In this document: positions 10,145 through 20,000 of the stretch, one piece after another
Layout: every line of letters begins with the position of its first letter
Numbering within the stretch: the stretch's first letter is position 1
Source of the DNA: Rotaria socialis
Lineage: Eukaryota
Assembly: GCA_905331295.1 (NCBI GenBank)
Contig: CAJNYD010000584.1
Coordinates: 47,761-67,760 of the forward strand
DNA length: 20,000 nt
Direction: 5' to 3'
Notes under the pieces: model-generated
Told to the model about the DNA's origin: nothing
What the model saw: the letters and a program-made list of their open reading frames with translations, nothing else
The model's database searches: none
Position numbers and translations under genes: made by a program

Positions 10145-11657
10145 TTAGACTCTTAACAAGAAAAAAGAAATAGTCATGAATATAGTCGAATAATGATGAT
10201 GATGACCTTCAAAACAAACAAACAAACAAAAATTTTCTTCTTTTACAAATACAATTATTAATATTTACCTAATAAAGAGGCATCATTATTATTACTCCGG
10301 TATCCACCTAGAAAAAAAGCAAAATCTTCAGAGAAAAAGAAAATAAATTTATATTTTTACAAGGCGTAGCAATATATCTTGGGTCATCGCATCGAAGTCC
10401 ATGCGGATTCCATCTTGATCCAATAGGACATTCATCCATTTTAGCTTTACGTTGTTCTGTACATAAATAATATGAACGACATTGATTTCCATAATCAGCA
10501 TACCAACCATTCGGTTGACCCGAACCTTAATCAATCGATTTGATTAAACGTTAATAATATTTAAAAAAAACGGAAATCTTACATGGATCATTGCTGCCTA
10601 TATCTATCGGTCGATTTCCACAGAAGACCTTTCTATAATCATTACACGAATTAAGATATTCATCAAATAAATGTTTATCAGGGCATTGTACACGTGTTAC
10701 AACTTCATCTTTACATATAAAATAAGCTAAACAAAAGAAAAATATACTAGTCTCTATTTTGTTAATGTAACTTTCGTTTACATTGACAATTATATTGATC
10801 GGGTTTATTTCCTTGAAACAGGCATGGGCTATGTTCAATCAAACCATAGATTGGTGATAACATTCTACTATAAACTAATTTATTTGATAGAAGAGTTGTT
10901 AATCCAATTGTTGCCTTATCGTTTTTGTTTGGTTCTATGCCATTTTGAGATAAGCTAGGTGTAGTTGATATAACAATAGGTTCTGTTACAATTTCAGTTT
11001 GTACTATTTAATTGATAAATTATTCAATATGACTAATAAATGTATAGAAATGGTTACATACATTCTGAATATAGTATACGTTTAGGTCTTTCACCATTAT
11101 TACAATCGATATTTCTTGATAAATCACAACGCTGATGTTGACTATCGTATGTCATACCATTGCCACACCTAGAATGTTTGGTTTTTTTGAAGATTAAATA
11201 AGAAATGAAAAAAATGAATGGTTTCATATTATTTCCGTTTTCATTTCCGTCAATACTCGAATTAGATTTGTATTTAGACTTTTTAACAGCTATGATTATT
11301 TTCTCCAGCTGTTTTCTTCTTCTTCTTCTTCTTCCTTGTATGACGAAAGGAAGTGAAAACAGTTCGGTATATAGTTACCAAGCCTCGACACCCATTCCTG
11401 CATTACAAGTATAAAATCTATTAACCAAAAAACAAACAAGATAGTAAATAAATTATTGTTGACATCGTTATCGGTTACTTTTCACAATCAGCTGGATGCG
11501 GCCAACGACCATCTTTAGGACAAATAAATCCATTTGTATCTGTAATAATCTCTAAAAATAAATATCTCTATTGATTAAATTTTTCATTGTAAAACATACT
11601 TTGAATATTTAAGAAAAAATACATAATATGACCAACTGATAAATATCTATAAAACAT
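10145..11657 (-). CDS. Chitin-binding protein with three peritrophin-A (CBM14/ChtBD2) domains, Obstructor/Gasp-like layout, 302 aa; exons 11657-11600, 11551-11479, 11417-11379, 11168-11062, 11003-10782, 10726-10583, 10525-10361, 10307-10269, 10206-10145
   Basis: Nine exons splice in phase (909 nt). Domain 1: CPKDGRWPHPADCEKFYTCNAGMGVEAWCGNGMTYDSQHQRCDLSRNIDC. A Thr/Ser-rich linker follows. Domain 2: CLFQGNKPDQYNCQSYFICKDEVVTRVQCPDKHLFDEYLNSCNDYRKVFC. Domain 3: CSGQPNGWYADYGNQCRSYYLCTEQRKAKMDECPIGSRWNPHGLRCDDPRYIATPC. Each domain has six Cys. The N-terminus is hydrophobic and the C-terminus is TIFMTISFFLLRV*. Confidence 0.9.
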
Positions 11658-12305
11658 TTGTTAGTTTTGCTTGCAAATAAAAATATCACTTTTCTATTAT
11701 TTTGTTCAATTGTGATATAAACTCAAATCAAGTAAATCTATATTGACTCGTTGTTGATGATCAGAACAACAGCGATGAACAACGAGTGAACGAAAATAAA
11801 ATATGCGGCTAAGAACAACCGACATTTATCGGCTTTAGTCATTTTACAATCCAACTCGCCTACAAAAACTCTATAATATGAGATAATCTGTGTATGTATG
11901 TTCTATTGACAAAAGCACGTCCGATTGCGTGTTGTTCACTTGTGCACATAAACTATGTATGTGTTAGTGCGTTGAGATACAGTTTAAATTAACGTTCATT
12001 TGATCTCATGTTTAGTGATTGTCAGCAAAAGTACTTCAATTCAACGAAAGAAAAGAAAACAAAACCATTAACATATGTTCAAGTCTATAATGATAAAACT
12101 AGACAGTCGTTCTTCTGTAGTCAGAATAGATAATTTCATCTATCATATTCTTTCCTTCGTTGGATTTTGACATAGTACAATTAATATCAAATTCACAAAC
12201 ATCGATATAGGGCAAGTTTTTACCAAAAAACCAAATTCATCTGTTTCAAATAATTGAAGGATAGCGTTCGATAAAAGTATCGAGAGGATTGAAGAGCCAT
12301 GTTTT

Positions 12306-12325
12306 TTGTTGTTGTTGTTGTTGTT
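12306..12325 (+). repeat. Short (GTT)n microsatellite
   Basis: ttgttgttgttgttgttgtt is seen directly, just upstream of an acceptor-like CAG at 12333-12335. Confidence 0.75.
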
Positions 12326-12340
12326 TCTCAATCAGAAGCA

Positions 12341-12711
12341 ATGACGAGATGTTGTCTAATGAGAAAATTTAGCACGCAAGTTAAAGGCACTCCTTTTTAT
12401 TTCATTGATTTCATTTACAAAAAAAATCGATACGCCATCAATTGATATTACTCGATGTTTAGTAAACGATTAGATAAAGCAAAAGGAATCTTTTGTTTAT
12501 TGTATGGGAGACTATTAATACCGCTTGTGCTATATTGGGTCTTGGAATAGATATACTTGTATCTTATCTCTTTTTGAAGCATTTTAATTTCCCAGTAAAA
12601 CAAAAAACAAAGCCGAGAATAGAACGACCAGAATCAGATTTCTCTACGTATGTTGATCGGGATCCAAATTATTATCCTGTACAAAATTCACATCGTACAT
12701 CATATGCTTAG
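12341..12711 (+). CDS. Putative small single-pass membrane protein (~90 aa), or an isolated terminal exon
   Basis: The open frame 12478-12711 encodes a hydrophobic stretch (TACAILGLGIDILVSYLFL) followed by a basic and then polar tail (KQKTKPRIERPESDFSTYVDRDPNYYP). A possible first exon ATG 12341-12375 (MTRCCLMRKFST) joins in frame only through a GC donor (GCAAGT at 12376) to an AG at 12479 or 12485. Confidence 0.35.
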
Positions 12712-14267
12712 CAAGACTAATCAACCGATCAAACAAGAATATTGACTATTTACTTTCTTCTCTTATCGGACGTTGTACTGTATCTTACTCTGTGACGCGA
12801 ATCAATTACAAAACAAAACTATATAATACTCATATTTTCTGTATCGTATAAAAATATGTGATAGAAATATATTTAGACGTCATTTTATCACTCTTACTCT
12901 ATGCTGAATATTATCTCGTAAGAAAGCATACGTCATCATTTGGATATTCGAATAAACAGGCTGTCAAGTGATGGCAACTTTTTATAGCGATAATAGCGAT
13001 AAATCAATTATACGAATGTAAACTGAATAACCTACTGAGAGATAAAAGTAAAATATATTAGATATTTTTCATGGATGCAACGATGCCAGTAACTACCTGT
13101 TTTAGTTAAAGAAGTAAAGTAGCGAAGATATATATGTATAGAATCAAGGCATCGATTGTGTAGATACATACATAGGCCGTGTTCCTCTTAGCTTTGTTGT
13201 ACGTTGAAATCTACCGTTTTTAAAATATGATTAAACTGAATCTATTTTGAATGAAAAATTTTCTATAGATTTAGGTGATGCAGCTATTTTCTTGACGTAG
13301 CCTTTCTGGCTGAAATAAACTCAGAATGTATTTTTTTAGACTTTGCAAGATTAGTATTAATAGTATTTCCGATGAAAATTAATGCAACCATAAACTTTCG
13401 ACCGCTTCCTGTATCACGAGCAGGAGGTATGAAATGCCATTTCCGCCGAGTTTCCTTGTGCATGTTAAGACAACAAAACAATTTATCGAAAGATAATAGA
13501 TTTTCTTGGCGATAGAAAAATATCATCAAGCAATCTTGCTAAATAAACGATAAACTATGTCACTCCACTACATCTTATCCTAATATTTCTTACGAATTTG
13601 TATTGATCTGTTTTTTGTCATTCATCCTTATGAATTTCATCTCTAAATCTGCATACTATGGTTTTCTTGTCATATTCAAAATATTTATCATTTAACCTAA
13701 TCATTCATTGATTAAATCATCTCTCGAAATATATTTTCATTGTTACAGTTGTATCTGCCATACGTAGATGTGTGTTAAATGTATCACTACGCACTTTATG
13801 GAATACTGATTGTATTTGGCAGAATGGTATTTTTGAATGTCAGACAAGGCCTACAGCAACGAGCAAAACAAACGCAAGAACTAATAGATTTGATCAGCGA
13901 GTCTTAATTAGGTATATTGTTAGCAGACTAATTGAATATTAGAAATGGAATTATTATAACTAAAAATATTATTCTAATATATGAAGAAAACCATAAATAC
14001 AAATTGAATACAACAAAAAACAGAAGATACTTAAATTTATTCATGAGTATAAAAACGAATAAGATAATAGCAAACTGAGCTTCAGCTTTTCATTCATACT
14101 GAAACAATGAATGTGTCAATAATAGCAGCAAGACAAGAACAATATTTATTCGACAATTTATTAGATTGTTCGTTCGCACAGAATAGAACACTTAGCTGAA
14201 TTTTCTATTTTCCAGCCAGTTAATAATACTTAGATAGAGTAATATATGAAGATGTTTTACTTTAAGT

Positions 14268-15970
14268 TTAACGTTTAAAAACTCGGAAATGATGAACATG
14301 TACTTTCCGTATAACAAACTCAATCTCCGGTGGAACATCGCCTTCTGAGCTCTGCATGGAAAGATGCAAAGCGAGAAATAACATTTTCCCTTTAATACTT
14401 TGTTTTATGAATCTATTCAGAAGATTACATCTGACAGTTGCTCTTTCATTATTATAAAGCACAATTGCAAAATATAGGTCAATGTTTCGGATGACAATGG
14501 CATATTGTCTAATGTCAAAATTAGTTCTTTTGATATTTTGTTCGCTAAAACAAGAGTCATCCCCATAACGATTGGTTTCTTATTATAACTAATGATAGAA
14601 AAAGTGTTTAAATAGCAATCAGCTATGATAAACTTGGAATTTCATTGAAAATTTGATGACTTACTTTAGTTCGAGTTGACTAACTAAAGATTAGCCGTAT
14701 TTGTAATATTTTCAATGTTATGAAACTGTTCGCGTTGTTAGTCTTTGATGTAGCTTCAACTTATTCAAATATACATATTATACAAATGTTCTGATGGTCA
14801 ATATAACTCCTCAATATACCCTAAACATTAGATGGATTGATATCGTTTTATAGTGATAGTAAAATAGTACTATAGAAAGGCCACTCAGAACGCATCATCC
14901 ATTGCACTGGTATTTATACACCACATACCAGTATATCATCGCACTAGTCGGTTTTACGCGCATTTGTTTCAAGTCATTGAACTTCTTCGTGATCCTCTTT
15001 TAGTTCGAGAAACACATTAAACAGTTTCACTTTAGTTTCTGGATTGTTTTTTTTGCTAGTTTCTTGTAAAACTCTTTGGTCACCATTTGAAGTGTTCTTC
15101 AACATCGTTGAACAGACGTACTTTGAATATGAGCTTACCCACCCAAATACTATTTTGCAGTTGACTGAGTCATTAGAGACAGGTCGTGAGCAGTTTTTTC
15201 ATTTTTGTTTATGCGATCAAAACGAAAACCCATCACACAACCTCAAGATAGTGCACAAGGAAACTGTTCCTATGACTGTTTACTCATTTATATTGAATAT
15301 ACCTAACTCTCTGATCAAGAGTCGAAAGTTCTGAATAATTGATTTTTGTTGGAATAGAAATTGACATTTAAGTAGAAAATCCATCGATTTTCAATTGAAA
15401 ATATGACCCTGAGCAATCAACGAACGAGAAAATTCTTTCCATTTTCGTTTGTTTTACTGCTTAAGCTTTTTGCATGCATTCTTTACTTTTCTTTGATTTT
15501 ATAAAAACCAAAAAAGTCATATCTTTAACGAATGATTCGACTAATAAGAACTATACACTTGCTGTAGTACAAAAGTTCTCATTAAGCGACGCGATGATCT
15601 AGAGTACCGTAAATGATAGAAAATCCATTCAAACTAGATATGAAAGTAACGAGATCGAACTTGTTACATCATTGTTCGGATCATCGATCCAAAATTCCGT
15701 CCACTCACAAATGTTGTTCCAAAATAACGAAAATGAAAGGAGTTCGTCGTTTTCAAAATTCGAGATAATTAAAATGATGTCATCAACAAATGCTAGCCAC
15801 TAGTGTATTCGCTCACAGCTGATAATAGATATTGAATCATTGAGATAATTAAATGTTCAATCGAAGTCGTTCTATAGAAACACGCTCATAAACCTTGATA
15901 GAGTTCTCGTAGCGATAGATTCGACAATAGCTGCTCTGAGTGTATTTTAAATTTCAATCATCTGCTCCAT
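14268..15970 (-). pseudogene. Possible decayed coding sequence, family not established
   Basis: Long, partly open minus-strand frames. 15970-~15560 has scattered stops and includes WLAFVDDIILII. ~14580-14268 is about 103 stop-free codons with no recognisable start or splice structure. Confidence 0.25.
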
Positions 15971-16085
15971 TCAAATCTTTTTTGTTTTTTTATTACAACT
16001 TCTGAAGACAGGAAAATGTGTATATTCCAAGCGAATATGAAACTAATCAGGTCAAAACGATGTCTAATTAATTTTAAGATGAGAG

Positions 16086-17122
16086 GTGTCACATATCCGA
16101 AATATCGGGAATGCTGGAGATGCCAAGGGAGACGCCGACATACAAAACTATAACTAACAGATAATACAAATACTATGCGTATGTAAAATTATTTAAGCGC
16201 ATTCTGTGTCTCACGCAGAGACGTCGCATCTTCGGGGAACTACTGAGGAAAAACATTTTCCTGATTTGAAGGCTATGACCAATATCCATCCTTGGGTCAC
16301 AATCGAGTGTGGAAAGCGTTCATCCAGCAATGGTGTTTAACTCACAGGGAAGGCGAGCCCAGAAATTAGTTCATCATAGGACGCAGCGAACGGTGCTGGT
16401 GAGAGCTGAAACAATTATCGGCTTGCTAAATCGTAGTCATCCATGGATATAGCCACATAAACGAAATACTAAATTTACAGCGAATGACAGGTTAAAAGGT
16501 AAAAACAGGCGCACCTACTTAAACGCAACTAGAATGCATGCACACCAACCCACGCACCCACATCCACATCTTAGAGTAATAACTCGAGTAACAGAGATGC
16601 GTCCGTATCTGTACACCGTCGTTTTCCAGCTTTCATGAGACCCATATTAGGTATGCTGTATACATGTGTAGACGGGGTATTCGGCCTTTCGTGGCACCCA
16701 CACTTACGATGGGTGTGGCAGTGCGTTAATGTGTTTTCGTGTTTCTCTACCGTGGTCGCACACCAACATTGAGTGATATGCCTTTTTGGCGTGGTTAGCT
16801 GTCTGTCTGTTTTACCTTTTTGTGTCTGATCCAGTGTATATCTAGTGTTTTCCCTATGTGACTCTATCCACGAAAGACTATGATTTAGTGTGCCTACCTA
16901 TGTTTCGACACTCACCCTCTCGCTATGGAGACGCATCTTCAGGTGGGGTCTAGGGCTAAAAATCAAAAAATTTTTTTTTCATCGGGAGATGCGGCAGATA
17001 CAGATTGCGCCTGATGGGTTCCTTATAACTATGATATTTATATTTGCTGGGAGTATTGCTACTGTGTATCCCGCATCTCCCGTAGCATCTCTGGCATGCC
17101 CAATTTGTTGGATATGTGACAC
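16086..17122. mobile_element. Non-autonomous foldback/long-TIR DNA element or inverted pair of repeat copies, ~1.04 kb
   Basis: Perfect 13-bp terminal inverted repeat GTGTCACATATCC (16086-16098) / GGATATGTGACAC (17110-17122). By hand alignment the first 50 nt of the arms match at 40/50. An inner block, 16426-16478 versus the reverse complement of 16836-16888, matches at 40/53. The element is visibly GC-richer than its flanks, has no convincing ORF and shows no clear target-site duplication. Confidence 0.7.
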
Positions 17123-17454
17123 TGCTGTATCTTCGTGAACAATATTCTGCAGATAGTGTGACAATGTTGTAACGATACGAGATGTTTTATCGTGATATCG
17201 AACTGTTTTATTCCAATCATCCTTCTCCTTTTATAGTTACACTTTCTTTCTCCGAGGTGCGTCACTCAACCCTAGAGAACGAGAAAGAACACGTCAATGA
17301 GGAGAAAGTCGTTATGTACATTGATTAGGATAGAACGAGTGTTTATATCGGCACATTCACATTTTCAGCAGAAATGGACCACCCCACATAAAGTCATACG
17401 TTTTAAGTAGAAATGAAAAAAAAAGAATATATATGCACATATATATAAATAGTA

Positions 17455-17553
17455 GAAGGACTAAAGGGAGTAAAGGAACGAAAGGGAGCAAAAGGACTAA
17501 AGGGACTAAGGGGAGTAATAGAATTAAATGGATTAAAGGAATCTGAAGGATAA
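17455..17553 (+). repeat. Degenerate 9-bp minisatellite, consensus about AAGGGACTA, ~11 units
   Basis: gaaggactaaagggagtaaaggaacgaaagggagcaaaaggactaaagggactaaggggagtaatagaattaaatggattaaaggaatctgaagga shows a 9-nt period. Confidence 0.75.
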
Positions 17554-18976
17554 TGAGGGTTTATATTTGTAAAGAAAAGTTAGACGAGGATAACTTTAAT
17601 TTCTTATCGACCCCTCCTGAATAAGCGAAAACGCAGAATTTCTTTCATTTAAGTAACTCTTAAATACTTCTGAAATTTTCTAACTAGAAAAACGCCTACA
17701 GATAAGTTACAGTTCGATAAAATTTTATTTTTTGAAGCTGTTGGTATACAAGAATATTGATAAGAAATATGAAATCAATTTTACACTTAAAAATTGTTTT
17801 ACTATTAGTAAATAGAATATATTACTACCGTCATTTTTTTTGTTCCCTCGCTTGTCGTATGATAAAATTTTAAAAAAATCTCACTAAACGAATCATTATT
17901 CTCGTTTATATTTTACCTCACATCATATCTCTCTTATAATGATTGAATTATAAATTCTAATATATAGATTTTTTTCGATTTAGAATTCAAGAACTCTTAG
18001 CTAATCTAAGAAATCTCAAGCAGAAAAATGTCGCCCAGGCAAAAATTATTTTCTTTTCATTCTGTTTATGTAAGACGATCAAAGATATACATGTACATAT
18101 ACATGTTTCCGTTCTAAACACATATATCGAGATATTCAATACCTATGACTAGAAATAAAGAAAAGACGCCTTTCAATATTGTTTTCTATCATTTCTATAA
18201 ATAAATGTAAATTCTTTACCCCCGTTTTAACTCGTTTTTCCTTTGCCATATTACTATATATACCAGTATTTCCATTCTGTCGAAGAAAACAAAATTCGGA
18301 CTGAATAATATTTCTTCACAAGCTCTGGATAAAACAGCGCAACATGTAAGAAATAAAAAATACACACCATCCTTAACTTGAACCAAACGAAAGCTTTTTT
18401 AATAGCATTCGTGACCATAATATATGCATAACAAAGTCTGCAAATGAAAGTATTTTCTTATTCCATAAAACTGTATTACTCCACTGACAGCTAATGCTAC
18501 AATCATGACAATCACCAACCGCATATTTTCCACTTCAAGACACCCGTACCCTCCGCAATTATTCCGCACTTACCGACGATTTTTCTAAAGAACGCCTCCA
18601 TTTTCACTTACAAAACCACAATCTCAGCATAAGATTAGCTGTTAGATTCCACATATGACTATCAGAACAACTTTTCACCATGCAACACGATATACGGTGA
18701 TGTGGCTTATTCATTTCACGTTCAAAATAAACCATTTCTCCTTGACTTTGTTAGGGGTAAAGTATTTGTGCTGGTTATTGAACCTTTTGACGATTTTACG
18801 GGATGTTATCCACCTCTCGCTATTTTATCTCAAATAAAAGTGAGATTCATTCGAGATTTTAAGTAACAGCAACATATGTAGGAAGTAGAATTTATTTTTT
18901 CGTTTGTTATTTTATTCACCACGTGACTACGTTGATTGCAAACAGTAGGACGAAAAATCAAACTAATAATACCAAT

Positions 18977-19375
18977 TTATTTTGTTCGTTCTTTTTCAAA
19001 AAAAAAGAGACGCATGACATTCGAGTGTTCATACAGACGAAAATTAAACAGGAATTCACTTTTTAATGAAGTATCAATAGCTACAAATCTAGATGTTGTT
19101 TGTTTTCTACAAAGTGTTGCTCTTTCTGATTTAAAGGTTCAGATTTTCTTAAGAATCCATACTGTATATGAGTTTAAGTCCTTGCTTTTCTTTGCTAAAG
19201 AACATATATTCTGATCTTCACCAAGCTGTCGATGACTTGTAGGTATCTCCTAGTATCTTCTCATATTTAGAATTTCTTGCGTTGATACTAATTTCATATC
19301 TTTTAAAAACAAATATATAGTCTCTTGTTCATGACTTTTGAAAAATTGAAAACTGATGTTTGAAGTGTTTGCCAT
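18977..19375 (-). pseudogene. Disrupted 133-codon reading frame of unknown function
   Basis: ATG 19375, directly after an acceptor-like TTCTAG, runs to TAA 18977 with only two internal stops: MANTSNISFQFFKSHEQETIYLFLKDMKLVSTQEILNMRRY*EIPTSHRQLG...KKI*TFKSERA... Confidence 0.2.
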
Positions 19376-20000
19376 CTAGAACTGTGACTACATTATCTAC
19401 GTGATTGTAAATGTCGTCGTCTATAGTTTGATGTTTGAATATGCCTTCGTTCTATTGCTTATACACATATTATTCAGCACGTGCTGTGTGGAGTTGATCG
19501 AAATTATAGGAATTAAAATAATTTTCTTTTTAGCCAAAACAATGAGAATACCAGGAGAGTAATTTTCGTCATAAATACTCATGCAAAGAATCCACTGGGA
19601 TGCATGTATCTATGTGCTAATTCATCGTTTTATTACACGCGAGATATTAACACGAAGCAAAAACAAACAGGTCTTGATAAATTTCTTTGTTTAAATATTC
19701 TCACTTCATATTTTCACTTACTGTTCAATGAAGAATGAAAAGAGAAACGAAAAGAAAAAACGATGGTATCGACAATAAAATTCCATTGGTGTGTTTTTGT
19801 TTTTTATAGTTACGTTTTAAGAAGAAAGAAGCAAAACTCTGGTTATAGTTTTATTTACGTATCAGAAATAAAATGTAATCATGACGTTTTCTTCGTTACG
19901 TTATAGGTTATTTCTTAATTTAATACAAGTATATATGATATGACTCTCGTGCTTTTGATAGTATCGATAGTTTTGTGATGAGCATATAAATTCAGCGACT

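Noticed and set aside
10349..11414. ORFs 10349-10534(-) and 11205-11414(+), and the ends of 10551-10838(-)
   Set aside because: Off-frame, antisense or intronic relative to the spliced chitin-binding gene. Only 10726-10583 of the 95-aa ORF is a real exon.
13420..13555. TPR-like phrase IFLAIEKYHQAILLNKR on the + strand
   Set aside because: Flanked by stops and too short to support a family call.
14555..14575. RYGDD (YxDD-like) motif in a minus-strand frame
   Set aside because: It lacks the hydrophobic strand context of an RT active site, and shows that such motifs arise by chance.
17168..17241. TGTAAC...GTTACA mini inverted ends resembling a solo LTR
   Set aside because: Only 74 bp with a 6-bp match and no target-site duplication, so compatible with chance.
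16890..17265. ORFs overlapping the right arm of the foldback element
   Set aside because: No transposase or other motifs. The open frames are explained by locally higher GC, and the left arm does not preserve them.
1..20000. CRISPR array, tRNA/rRNA genes or a prokaryotic operon or defence system
   Set aside because: I saw no repeat-spacer array or recognisable structural RNA, and spliceosomal introns show the DNA is eukaryotic.

Overview
AT-rich eukaryotic genomic DNA with mostly 50-70 nt GT-AG introns and mainly TAG acceptors. This style suggests a bdelloid rotifer or similar small invertebrate (inference, not proven). The first ~12.7 kb is gene-dense and holds four well-supported genes: (1) RPL22/eL22 (+, 4 coding exons, ~206 aa) with an Ala/Lys/Pro/Thr-rich N-terminal extension; (2) convergent with it, an intronless metallo-beta-lactamase-fold hydrolase (-, 372 aa) of bacterial style, with a predicted signal peptide, Cys-rich tail and GPI-like C-terminus, a horizontal-transfer candidate; (3) an OATP/SLCO transporter with a Kazal-type loop (-, 6 exons, 718 aa); (4) a 9-exon gene for a protein with three peritrophin-A/CBM14 chitin-binding domains (-, 302 aa). 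Weaker calls are a spliced gene or relic at 246-956 and a small membrane-protein exon at ~12.5 kb. The last ~7 kb has no intact gene. It holds decayed reading frames, a 9-bp minisatellite, and a ~1.04 kb GC-richer foldback-like element (16086-17122) with long diverged inverted arms, TGT...ACA ends and a repeated GGAGA(T/C)GC motif. No multi-gene novel system is demonstrable from sequence alone. The best leads are the MBL gene and the foldback element.
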